The notes under the pieces: model-generated
Told to the model about the DNA's origin: nothing
Databases searched by the model: none
The model's input: only the letters and a program-made list of their open reading frames with translations
Translations under genes and position numbers: made by a program
Shown here: positions 1 through 8,438 of the stretch, in pieces
Layout: each line of letters starts with the position of its first letter
Numbering within the stretch: the stretch's first letter is position 1
Assembly: GCA_014729135.1 (NCBI GenBank)
Contig: WJKK01000001.1
Span: 192,593-256,592, forward strand
DNA length: 64,000 bases
Source: a candidate division WWE3 bacterium
GTDB lineage: Bacteria > Patescibacteriota > WWE3 > UBA101185 > UBA10185
Direction of reading: 5' to 3'

Positions 1-124
1 TTGTAAAGGCAGAAAGAGTTTTGGGATCAAGGATCATCCTTGGAGTTTTAACTAGAAGATTATATCAAAGGATTTTGACTTTCGTTGGTTTGCCCGCAAA
101 AAAAGCTTCCTTCGCAAGATCAGT

Positions 125-1183
125 CTAAACCAAATCCAGCTTTAGCCTCTCCTTAACTTTTGCCAAAGTCTCCTGAGCCTCCTTACGTGTTTTTACAGTG
201 CCCGCCTCTATAATCTCTTGCACCTCCTCCAAATGACCCTCATAATAAGCATACTTCTCCCTTACCGGCGCCAGAAAATCACTAAGTGCCTTATAAAGCT
301 TTTCCTTAACCTCCACATCTCCCACAGAGCCTTCTCTATAACGTTTCTTCAGATCCGCAACCTCCTCTTTATTTGGGTTAAAAGCATCATGATAAATAAA
401 AACAGGATTTCCTTCCACCGTTCCCGGATCCGTAGGATGAATTCGATTAGGATCCGTGTACATGCTCATAACCTTTTTCTTAAGGCTCTCCTCAGGCTCG
501 TTTAAATAAATAGTGTTTCCAAGCGACTTACTCATTTTGGCGTTACCATCAAGGCCAACCAGACGAGCAGTCTCACCTACAAGAGGCTCCGGCTCTACAA
601 AAGTTTCGCCATAATAAGAATTAAATCTGCGGGCTATTTCCCTCGTTAACTCCACGTGAGGAACTTGATCCTCTCCCACCGGCACCAAATCAGCATTAAC
701 ACAAAGTATGTCTGCTGCCTGTAGAATAGGGAAATTAATGAAACCCACCGAGAATTTATCGCCCATGTTTTTGTCCCTAATTTCTTCTTTTAGCGTTGGG
801 TTGCGGAGGGCTCTGTTGTGGGAAACCAGCATACTGAAAATGATTCCTAGCTCGTAAATTTCAGGGATTGCAGATTCGGGGAAGAAGTAGGTTTTTTCGG
901 GGACCATTCCAATGGCCAAGTTTCCCATAGTTACTTCTAAAACGGAGCGAGCCACTGTTTCGGGGTTTTTGACGTATTTGGGATATGCAAGGGCGTGCAT
1001 GTCGGCAATGATGATAAAGGTTTCGTAGTCGTGTTGCAGTTTTACGCGGTTTTGCAGGGAGCCTACGTAGTGGCCTATGTGTAGTTTTCCGGTGGCGTTG
1101 TCTCCTGTGAGGATGCGTTTTTGGTTGTTTTTTGCGGTCTGTTTTTGAGAGGCGCTTTGTTGCTGAGCTGTTTTTCCATCCAT
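125..1183 (-). CDS. trpS: Tryptophanyl-tRNA synthetase
   Basis: Class I aaRS HIGH motif (HIGHYVGS) and KMSKS motif are present. Full-length 352 aa with TrpRS-like architecture. Confidence 0.9.
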   Translation of the reverse strand: MDGKTAQQQSASQKQTAKNNQKRILTGDNATGKLHIGHYVGSLQNRVKLQHDYETFIIIADMHALAYPKYVKNPETVARSVLEVTMGNLAIGMVPEKTYFFPESAIPEIYELGIIFSMLVSHNRALRNPTLKEEIRDKNMGDKFSVGFINFPILQAADILCVNADLVPVGEDQVPHVELTREIARRFNSYYGETFVEPEPLVGETARLVGLDGNAKMSKSLGNTIYLNEPEESLKKKVMSMYTDPNRIHPTDPGTVEGNPVFIYHDAFNPNKEEVADLKKRYREGSVGDVEVKEKLYKALSDFLAPVREKYAYYEGHLEEVQEIIEAGTVKTRKEAQETLAKVKERLKLDLV

Positions 1184-1221
1184 GCAGGTATTATACAGGA
1201 TGGTTATGGAGTAGGTGTGGG

Positions 1222-1851
1222 TTATTTACTTTTTACCTCAGAATATCCAAACACCATTTCATAAAAACAGGAGGCTCCAAAGCCTACACTAAAAGCAAAT
1301 GCCAGCTCCTCTATAGGTATTCTAAAGAAATTTATTCCGGTTAAGTTTTCCAGCATCCAATGATTTTCAAAAAGTTGCGGATATAAAATCAACAGAATTT
1401 GAAAGACCGCAAAAGTTAGTAGTGTCGTTAGGACTCCATTTGCTAGTTCGAAGGCAAAAAGATCTTTTCTTAGCAAAGCAGCAATAAGCCCTATCAGCAA
1501 AGGAGGTAGGATGTGTGCAATGATGGAGTTATGTTGCAGTAGATCTATCAGCACTGCAAAGGCAAGTGTTGTTATTACAGCGGAAACTAGAAAAATTGAT
1601 TTGTGAGTTTTGTGGTTTGGTTTTTTGGAGTCTTGCACTTTGAAAAAGATTTCATAGAGTTCGGCGCTGACTCCTCCAAAGATGAATCCGTAGTAAAAGT
1701 CTTCAAAAGGGAATTGCGGGAATAGAAAAATCGGCTGCCAGTAATCCCATTTTGCATAGAGGTGTTCTATTATTACGGCGCCTATTCCTATGAGGACTCC
1801 TATTGTTATCATGTCTTTGCGGTGGTTTTTTTCCAGAAGAGGTATACCCAC
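1222..1851 (-). CDS. Lycopene cyclase domain-containing membrane protein
   Basis: 209 aa, multi-TM hydrophobic profile. Resembles the small lycopene-cyclase-domain membrane proteins common in CPR genomes. Call rests on pattern only. Confidence 0.35.
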   Translation of the reverse strand: MGIPLLEKNHRKDMITIGVLIGIGAVIIEHLYAKWDYWQPIFLFPQFPFEDFYYGFIFGGVSAELYEIFFKVQDSKKPNHKTHKSIFLVSAVITTLAFAVLIDLLQHNSIIAHILPPLLIGLIAALLRKDLFAFELANGVLTTLLTFAVFQILLILYPQLFENHWMLENLTGINFFRIPIEELAFAFSVGFGASCFYEMVFGYSEVKSK

Positions 1852-2158
1852 AAGGGGATTATGAGTGTTGTTCCTATGAAGTAGAAGTATTGCACGAAGG
1901 TATTCTAGCAGAGGTTTTGTTTGGAGCTTTTATGTTGCAGCTAAATTTTTTAATATGCAAAGTTCGCCTTTGGCGAAACTTTGCAGGCATATCAAAATTT
2001 ATAGGTGTATCCTTTCACAAGTCCTTTGGACTTGTGAGGCAACAAACAAATGTTCGCATATGAGCTCAATCCGCCTTCGGCGGATTTCGGGTCCAGCTAA
2101 ATTCTCCCGTTCGGTCGAATTTACCTGGCCCAGAAACATTCGCGAAGCGAATGGTTTC

Positions 2159-2249
2159 TGGCGGAGGGGATGGGATTCGAACCCATGTGTGACTATTGCC
2201 ACGCTTGGTTTTCGAGACCAGCCCGTTATGACCGCTTCGGTACCCCTCC
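2159..2249 (-). tRNA. tRNA-Ser (anticodon CGA), long variable arm
   Basis: Reverse complement folds as a 91-nt tRNA. Acceptor stem GGAGGGG/CCCCTCC, anticodon loop CUCGAAA (U33, anticodon CGA), long variable arm, T-arm ATGGG-TTCGAAT-CCCAT, discriminator G plus encoded CCA. Confidence 0.85.
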
Positions 2250-2292
2250 TTATCTTCTTTAATTTTTGAATGGTTTTGGTGGGTTTTAAGGT

Positions 2293-2336
2293 GCTCGCCT
2301 TTCACTTTGTGAAAGCTTCGGGTATAACAAAAAGCT
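2293..2336. repeat. 44-nt repeated element copy 1 (hairpin CTTTCAC-N3-GTGAAAG followed by TCGGGTATAACAAAA)
   Basis: Near-identical (40/44) to copy 2 at 2417-2460. Contains a perfect 7-bp hairpin. Lies upstream of tRNA-Ser on the minus strand. Confidence 0.8.
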
Positions 2337-2416
2337 TCTTCTCAAGTTGGTTGAAGCTGTTAAAGAACTGAGTACAGTTTTTATGTCGTAGCTAAATTTT
2401 TTTTGTTTTCGCAGAG

Positions 2417-2460
2417 GCTCGCCTTTCACTACGTGAAAGCCTCGGGTATAACAAAATGCT
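2417..2460. repeat. 44-nt repeated element copy 2
   Basis: Direct repeat of 2293-2336. Lies downstream of tRNA-Ile on the minus strand. Confidence 0.8.
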
Positions 2461-2512
2461 CTCTCCCGTTCGCATTATTGTTAAACCATTCAGGTTGCTG
2501 CGCAACACTGAA

Positions 2513-2589
2513 TGGTGGGCGTTCCTGGATTCGAACCAGGGACCGGTCGTGTATAAGACGACTGCTCTGACCAACTGAGCTAAACGCCC
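2513..2589 (-). tRNA. tRNA-Ile with apparent UAU anticodon
   Basis: Reverse complement is a canonical 77-nt cloverleaf. Acceptor GGGCGTT/AACGCCC, D-arm GCTC-AGTTGGTCA-GAGC, anticodon stem GTCGT/ACGAC with loop CTTATAC (U33, anticodon TAT, A37), T-arm CCTGG-TTCGAAT-CCAGG, discriminator A plus CCA. Confidence 0.8.
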
Positions 2590-2593
2590 TAAA

Positions 2594-2870
2594 AAATTTG
2601 TAACCAAATTTTTTTGGTTAAGCAAATCTGAAAGATTTGCTTATGCTTGAAATACTCGCCTACGGCGAGTTTTCAAGCTGACCAAAATGCGCATGCATTT
2701 TGGACTGCCGTACAAGTCTGTAAGACTTGTACGATAAGCCTTTGTAAACAAATTTTTAAGGTGATCAAAATGTGAGCGTATTAACGCGAGCATTTTGAAC
2801 TCCCTTACAAGTTGCTATGCAACTTGTAAGCATTCCGACTAAGTACTCGTTCGCTTGTACGCTAAGCCTC
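2594..2870. ncRNA. Dense array of at least 7 consecutive perfect hairpins (candidate structured RNA or repeat array)
   Basis: Back-to-back inverted repeats: TAACCAAA/TTTGGTTA; AGCAAATCT-GAAA-AGATTTGCT; CTTGAAA(ACTCGCC-TACG-GGCGAGT)TTTCAAG; CCAAAATGC-GCAT-GCATTTTGG; GTACAAGTC-TGTAA-GACTTGTAC; CAAAATG...CATTTTG; CTTACAAGTTGC-TAT-GCAACTTGTAAG. No ORF. Confidence 0.4.
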
Positions 2871-2964
2871 GGTAAATTTCTAAGAAGCATCTCTTTGGAA
2901 AAATCCCAACACCACAACACCTCCACCAAAGCAAACGAATTCTATCAAAACCTCAAAAACTAAT

Positions 2965-3390
2965 CTACTTTATCTTTAAAATACGGGAAGAAAACTGCTT
3001 ACCCTCCTCCGTCGTGGCCACCACCTGCAAAAAATGCTCCTTTTCGGGAAGAAGTAACGCCGTTGTAAGAGTCTGTTCCTTTAGATAGCTTTTCGCGCTC
3101 TCATCAAAAGTACTCTTAGCCGTGACAAGATGCTCCTGACTTGTCCCATACTTTAGGTAAGCCTCCACCGGAACTTTTGTTTTCACATCGACGCGAATAA
3201 CATGATCTGTAGGATTTCTTTCCAAATGAAATTCCTGAAATGGGCTCCAAAGCTGAATGTACAAATAAACGGCAGTCAAAATCACCGTGCTTAGTCCAAA
3301 AGCAGCCAAAGCAGCTGTGCTAATAATATATGAATGTGTCCACTTGTCGCTTCTTTTTGGATTTATTTTAGTTTTGGCTTTTTTTAACAT
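2965..3390 (-). CDS. Hypothetical membrane-anchored protein
   Basis: 141 aa with an N-terminal TM helix after a basic stretch. No recognisable motif. Confidence 0.4.
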   Translation of the reverse strand: MLKKAKTKINPKRSDKWTHSYIISTAALAAFGLSTVILTAVYLYIQLWSPFQEFHLERNPTDHVIRVDVKTKVPVEAYLKYGTSQEHLVTAKSTFDESAKSYLKEQTLTTALLLPEKEHFLQVVATTEEGKQFSSRILKIK

Positions 3391-3438
3391 TTTAGGTTTG
3401 ATACTTTTTGTAAAGAGCAGAAGTTCCTTTTAAGTTTC

Positions 3439-3807
3439 TTATTTTTCCGCTGCCATTTCTTCCTCCTCTGAGGATGTAACTTTCATCTCCCTCCTTTTCT
3501 CCCAATCCCTCTCTTGCTTACCGCGCTCCTTTTCCACCTGCCTTTCAATAGCTTCCACAGCTCCAATAACAGCGCTCTCCATGGAATAATCTGTTTCATC
3601 TCCATAGTAAAGCTTTCCTGCCACTTCCAGTTCCACTTTAGAAACAAAAGTATCTTCCTCGGAGCCTTTGTTTAAGACTACCCGGGAAATTACCAGATCT
3701 TCGTCGGTGTTAGGGAAGTACTTTTCGAGTTTGGAAACTTTGTTTTCTGCAAGAGTTTTCATGCTCTCGCTGAGTTTGAGGTTGTCGGAGGTTATTTGAT
3801 AAATCAT
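3439..3807 (-). CDS. hpf: Ribosome hibernation promoting factor (HPF/RaiA family)
   Basis: N-terminal MIYQITSDNLKLSESMKTLAENKVSKLEKYF matches the HPF/YfiA signature. Acidic C-terminal tail. Confidence 0.75.
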   Translation of the reverse strand: MIYQITSDNLKLSESMKTLAENKVSKLEKYFPNTDEDLVISRVVLNKGSEEDTFVSKVELEVAGKLYYGDETDYSMESAVIGAVEAIERQVEKERGKQERDWEKRREMKVTSSEEEEMAAEK

Positions 3808-3867
3808 CTTCTTTATTTTAGCAAACTTGTGGAATTGGCTCTTTTTACAGAACTATTTTGTTGTTTT

Positions 3868-4086
3868 TTATTGCCCGTTTTTAACGGAGTTTAGATCCTC
3901 CACAAGCTCTTCCACAGTTTCATCGGATAATCCATGTGTTTTTGCCCCCTGCTCCAGGGAGTCAAATCCTGCAGCCATGCAGCCTACGCAATGCAATCCG
4001 TATTTCATAAAAATTTCCGCCGTTTCCGGATGCTCCTCAAGGATTTTAGCTATGTTTGTGTTTTTAGTTATTTCCATATTTTTCAA
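3868..4086 (-). CDS. DUF1858-type redox disulfide domain protein
   Basis: 72 aa with a CVGC motif, the family often found with Fe-S assembly genes. Adjacent to the suf operon. Confidence 0.55.
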   Translation of the reverse strand: MKNMEITKNTNIAKILEEHPETAEIFMKYGLHCVGCMAAGFDSLEQGAKTHGLSDETVEELVEDLNSVKNGQ

Positions 4087-4095
4087 ATCAGGGGT

Positions 4096-4461
4096 TTAAA
4101 TTTTTTCCAAAGCCTTCTTCAAGGCTGTTAGAACAAGTGTAGCACAGCGTAATCTAGTCATACTCACAGTAATTCCCAGCAATTCCAGCAAATTCTCCTG
4201 CTTCAAATTCAAAGCATCCTCAACAGTGCGTCCTTCAATAAACTCCAACAACTTTTCAGAAGATATTACGCTAACGGCACAAGCAACTCCTTTAAATTTA
4301 GCCTCCTTAATAATGCCCTTTTCTACCTTTAATTGCAGCGTTACTTCATCACCGCAAAAGGGATTTTCGCCTTGTTGGATCACCGTGGGATTTTTAATTG
4401 TGCCTTTGTGCTTCGGGTTTTTATAAGTTTCCAGAAGTTCTTCTTTATAAATGCTATCCAT
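4096..4461 (-). CDS. sufU: Fe-S cluster assembly scaffold SufU/IscU-like (NifU family)
   Basis: Conserved NPFCGDE, GVACAVS and C-terminal Cys. Located downstream of sufS. Confidence 0.8.
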   Translation of the reverse strand: MDSIYKEELLETYKNPKHKGTIKNPTVIQQGENPFCGDEVTLQLKVEKGIIKEAKFKGVACAVSVISSEKLLEFIEGRTVEDALNLKQENLLELLGITVSMTRLRCATLVLTALKKALEKI

Positions 4462-4509
4462 CTTTTCTTTCCGGGAATTTGTTTTGATGTTAGCTTTGCC
4501 TAAAGCACC

Positions 4510-5745
4510 TCAACGTAAAAGTTTAAGGCCTTCTCTTAAGCTCTCAATAAAATAATCAATTTCTTTTTTAGTGTTGTAAATTTGGAAACTTACTCTAGCA
4601 GAGGCGTTTAAACACAGCGCCTTATGCAATGGAGCTGTGCAGTGTTGACCTGCTCTAATGGCGATTCCCTTGGCATCCAAAACTCCTGCAATGTCATGCG
4701 CATGAACACCTTCTATTACAAAACTTACCAAACCGGCTCTTTTTTCTGCATCTAAAGGTCCTAGAATTCTCACGTCCTCTAAAACCCTTAACTCTTTAAT
4801 TGCATGTGCCGCTAAATCTTGAGTGTGTTTTTTCACTTCCTTCATTCCGATTTTTTCCAAGTATTTTACTGCTTCCGCCAATCCCACTGCTCCTGCTACA
4901 TTAGGAGTTCCTGCTTCAAATTTATGAGGAGTTGCTGCCCATGTACTCTTTTCAATAGAGACTTTGTTAATCATTCCGCCACCATAGCTAAAGGGAGTCA
5001 GTTTTTCTGCCAGTTCCTCCCGAATCCATAGACCTCCTATACCCATAGGTCCTAGCATTTTATGTCCGGAGAAAGTCAAGAAATCTATTCCAAGTTTTTT
5101 AACGTTTACCGGTATGTGTGGAACAGACTGAGCTCCGTCGACAACGATTTTGATATCCTTGTTGTACTTATGCACTTCCCGGGAAATTCCCGTAACGGGA
5201 AATACCGTACCTAAAACGTTAGAAACATGCCCCAAAGCAACTATTTTTGTTTTTTTGCTAAGCAAGTTTTTTAACTGTCTCATGGGGAAATCGGGCGATC
5301 CTTCTCTTTGTGACTCTTTCATTGAAATCACCTTTAAAACAGCTCCTTTTTCTTCTGCAATCCTTTGCCAAGGGATAAAATTGCTGTGATGCTCCACTAC
5401 CGTTGTAATAATCTCATCGCCCTTTTTTATATCCCTCTGCAGCATTAAGGCTACAGCATTTAAGGAATCCGTTGTCCCTTTAGTAAAAACCAACTCTTCC
5501 GGCTTACCTCCAATAAACTCAGCTACAGTTTTTCGAGCATCCTCATACAAATGTGTGGCCTCATCGCTTAAAGTATGAATCCCTCTATGCACATTTGCAT
5601 TATGCTTTTCATAATAGTTCAGCATAGCTTCAATAACCTGCTTAGGCTTTTGGGAGGTTGCCGAATTGTCCAAATACACAAGCGGTTTCCCGTTTATTTT
5701 TCTTTCCAAAATGGGAAAGTCTTTTCTGATTTTTTCTGTGCTCAT
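4510..5745 (-). CDS. sufS: Cysteine desulfurase SufS (class V aminotransferase)
   Basis: 411 aa with a PLP-lysine region (FSGHKMLGPMGIGGLW) and the active-site loop RAGQHCT. Confidence 0.9.
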   Translation of the reverse strand: MSTEKIRKDFPILERKINGKPLVYLDNSATSQKPKQVIEAMLNYYEKHNANVHRGIHTLSDEATHLYEDARKTVAEFIGGKPEELVFTKGTTDSLNAVALMLQRDIKKGDEIITTVVEHHSNFIPWQRIAEEKGAVLKVISMKESQREGSPDFPMRQLKNLLSKKTKIVALGHVSNVLGTVFPVTGISREVHKYNKDIKIVVDGAQSVPHIPVNVKKLGIDFLTFSGHKMLGPMGIGGLWIREELAEKLTPFSYGGGMINKVSIEKSTWAATPHKFEAGTPNVAGAVGLAEAVKYLEKIGMKEVKKHTQDLAAHAIKELRVLEDVRILGPLDAEKRAGLVSFVIEGVHAHDIAGVLDAKGIAIRAGQHCTAPLHKALCLNASARVSFQIYNTKKEIDYFIESLREGLKLLR

Positions 5746-5771
5746 TTTTTAAGCTTATTTCATACCGATGG

Positions 5772-6383
5772 CTACCTTTTAATCTTCTCTATTATAGCCC
5801 TCTTTAAATCTTGATCTTGCCTATCTTTCAAAATCGTTTCCACAGCTTCTGCTAAAAAGCCGTCTTGTAGCATAACACTTGCCTCTGCTTTTTCAAATCC
5901 CCGCGACCTCAGATACATTAGCTGCCTTTCATTAAAGGAAGTAAGACTAGCTTTATGGTCAAGTTTTACATTTTCATTTTCCACCTCAAGATTTGGTTTC
6001 ACTTCCCAAGATATCCCTTCTCCTGCCGCCAGTCCCTTGATATTTACTTCACCTTCTGCATTCTTGGCTTTAACTTTTGCATGAACATTTCCGGAGAATT
6101 TAGCTTTAGCGCCCTTTTCCATGACAGCTCTAATTTGCACATTTGACTTAGTATTAGGCGCTCCATGGATGGTTTCAACGCTCAAATCCAGTGCTTTTTT
6201 TACATATCCCGCATAAATCACAGAAGCCCTAACGCCTTCCTCCTCCAGATTTAATTCCAGTTTCCATTTTTCTGTATCTGAAACCGACTCCAAAAAAGAA
6301 GGAATCACAAAAACAGTATCTTCCTTTACAACAAGGCTTTTACTGCAGTCTTTTTCATTTTCAAAAATGCTAACAACTTTCAC
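5772..6383 (-). CDS. sufD: SufD-like Fe-S assembly protein (short form)
   Basis: C-terminal ERQLMYLRSRGFEKAEASVMLQDGFL matches the SufB/SufD C-terminal signature. Only 203 aa, where a typical SufD is about 400. Confidence 0.6.
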   Translation of the reverse strand: MKVVSIFENEKDCSKSLVVKEDTVFVIPSFLESVSDTEKWKLELNLEEEGVRASVIYAGYVKKALDLSVETIHGAPNTKSNVQIRAVMEKGAKAKFSGNVHAKVKAKNAEGEVNIKGLAAGEGISWEVKPNLEVENENVKLDHKASLTSFNERQLMYLRSRGFEKAEASVMLQDGFLAEAVETILKDRQDQDLKRAIIEKIKR

Positions 6384-7699
6384 AACAAATCCCCTTGCAA
6401 AAGTTGATTAAACTCCAAAGCATACTCCAAAGGAAGCTGCTCCAAAACCGGCTCAATAAAGCCCTGCACTATAAGATCCTTAGCCTCCAAAAAACTCAAG
6501 CCCCGCGAACGCAAATACTGCAACTTTTCCTCCTCCAGTTTACTTGCAGACGCCTCATGCTCCACTTGAGCAGATGCCTCCTTTATAACCAGTTTAGGAT
6601 AACTGTTGCTTTTAGCCGTCTTTGTCAAAAGCAAACTGTCGCACTCCACAAAAGCTCTGGAATTTTTTGCACCCTCTTTCACGAGAACCTCTCCCCGATA
6701 GTTGCTTACTCCTTTAGAGCCGGCCAAAGATTTAGAAACCACCTTAGAAGTAGTCATTGGAGCCTCATGAACCATACGAGCGCCAGCACTAATCACCTGT
6801 CCGGAACCTGTATAAGCCACCGAAAGCATCTCCCCATGAGCCCCCGAACCGCGCAAATAACATGCCGGATATTTCATGGTAACCTTAGAACCCAAGTTCG
6901 CATCTACCCAAGACATTTTTCCGCGCGCCTCCACAGACGATTTTTTAGTCACCAGGTTATAAACGTTTTTGGACCAATTCTGAATCGTTGTGTATTTCAC
7001 CTGAGCATCTTCCGCCACAAAAACCTCCACCACACCGGCATGCAACATGTTTTTCAAATACGAAGGAGCCGTACATCCCTCCACGTAATGAACCTTGCTT
7101 CCTTTTTCAGCAATTATTAGAGTTCGTTCGAACTGTCCCAAATTTAAAGCGCCTATTTTAAAATAAGCCTGTAAGGGGAGTGTCACTGTCACGTTTTCCG
7201 GCACGTACAAAAAGGAGCCCCCTGACCAAACCGCCCCATTAAGAGCTGAAAATTTGTTATCTGTTGGCTTTACAAGTTTGCCAAAGTACTTTTGAAAAAT
7301 CTCCGGATGTTTTTGGAGGCCTTCCTCAATATTCGTAAAGATTATGCCTTGTTTTTTTAGCTTTTCCTTAAGGGATCCGTAAATGGCTTCCGAATTCATT
7401 TGTGCTTCTACTCCCGCCAAAAAGTCCTTTTCCGCTTGAGGGATTCCTAATTTGTCAAAGTCTGCCTTTACATCTGCCGGAATATCTTCCCAAGAGTTTT
7501 TCTTTGCCGTTTCAGGGGATTTATAAAAAGTGATGTCTTCCAAATTCAGGTTTTTAAGTGACGGGCCAAACGATGGTAGAGGTGTTTTTTTATAGACTTC
7601 TAGAGCTTCAAGTCTTAGATCCAACATCCAAAGGGGTTCCTGTTTGCGTTTGGAAAGTTTGCGGACAGTATTTTTATCCAGTGTTTTAAAATTCGGCAT
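6380..7699 (-). CDS. sufB: Fe-S cluster assembly protein SufB
   Basis: 439 aa with C-terminal KLQYLRSRGLSFLEAKDLIVQGF. Overlaps sufC and sufD in the operon. Confidence 0.85.
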   Translation of the reverse strand: MPNFKTLDKNTVRKLSKRKQEPLWMLDLRLEALEVYKKTPLPSFGPSLKNLNLEDITFYKSPETAKKNSWEDIPADVKADFDKLGIPQAEKDFLAGVEAQMNSEAIYGSLKEKLKKQGIIFTNIEEGLQKHPEIFQKYFGKLVKPTDNKFSALNGAVWSGGSFLYVPENVTVTLPLQAYFKIGALNLGQFERTLIIAEKGSKVHYVEGCTAPSYLKNMLHAGVVEVFVAEDAQVKYTTIQNWSKNVYNLVTKKSSVEARGKMSWVDANLGSKVTMKYPACYLRGSGAHGEMLSVAYTGSGQVISAGARMVHEAPMTTSKVVSKSLAGSKGVSNYRGEVLVKEGAKNSRAFVECDSLLLTKTAKSNSYPKLVIKEASAQVEHEASASKLEEEKLQYLRSRGLSFLEAKDLIVQGFIEPVLEQLPLEYALEFNQLLQGDLL

Positions 7700-8411
7700 A
7701 ACCCTCTTCTCTGATTTGACGGGCTAGATCTTCGCGTCCTTCTTTTACTATTTTGCCCTCCTTCATTAAAAAGATTTTTTCCGGTTCTACCTGTTCCAAC
7801 AAAGAAGGGTAATGTGTTATATAAAGGATTGTAGTGTTTTCGTTGTTTTGAAGGTTTTTTACGGCCTCGATTATGACTTTCAAAGCATCTACATCTACAC
7901 CACTATCAATCTCATCCAAAATAGCAATTTTTGGTTTTAAAAGGAGCATTTGCAGAATTTCCATTTTCTTTTTTTCTCCTCCCGAAAAACCTTCATTTAA
8001 GTAACGGTTTTTAAATTCTTTGGGGAGGTTTAAGGCAGTGAACTTTTCCTCCAAAAGGTTTGCAAATTCCGCCGGATTTAAATTTGTGTCGTGCTTTTTG
8101 TTATAGATTTGGCGAAGGTACTGCGAAATATTTAAACCGGGTATTTCCGGAGGATGTTGGTAGGAAATAAAAATCCCTTGGAGGGCAAGTTCCTCCGGCT
8201 TTTTTTCAAGGAGGCTCTCCTCCTCCCAAGAAATACTACCTTCAGAAACTTTATACGAGGGATCTCCCGATAAAGTTTTAGCTAGCGTGCTTTTACCGGA
8301 TCCGTTAGGTCCCATTAGCACATAAGTTTTTCCTTTCTCCAAAGTCAAATCCAGCCCTTTTAGGATTTGTTTATTTTCTTTTTCTGTTTTTAGATTTTGG
8401 ATTTTTAGCAT
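7686..8411 (-). CDS. sufC: Fe-S cluster assembly ATPase SufC
   Basis: Walker A GPNGSGKST, ABC signature FSGGEKKK, Walker B ILDEIDSG. First gene of sufCBDSU. Confidence 0.9.
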   Translation of the reverse strand: MLKIQNLKTEKENKQILKGLDLTLEKGKTYVLMGPNGSGKSTLAKTLSGDPSYKVSEGSISWEEESLLEKKPEELALQGIFISYQHPPEIPGLNISQYLRQIYNKKHDTNLNPAEFANLLEEKFTALNLPKEFKNRYLNEGFSGGEKKKMEILQMLLLKPKIAILDEIDSGVDVDALKVIIEAVKNLQNNENTTILYITHYPSLLEQVEPEKIFLMKEGKIVKEGREDLARQIREEGYAEF

Positions 8412-8438
8412 GTTTTTTGATCGCTTTTTCGGCAGAAT

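Noticed and set aside
2895-2930. Plus-strand ...CACCTCCACCA resembling a tmRNA 3' end (CTCCACCA)
   Set aside because: No T-arm (GGTTCGAnTCC) precedes it. There is no 5' GGGG acceptor partner and no tag-peptide reading frame ending in ALAA. It is most likely a coincidental match.
6395-7120. Long antisense ORFs inside sufB, the giant protein gene, dnaK, lepA and virB4 (e.g. 6395-7120, 11835-12297, 42328-42612, 50568-50903)
   Set aside because: They lie entirely within well-supported genes on the opposite strand and have low-complexity or biased composition. They are shadow ORFs.
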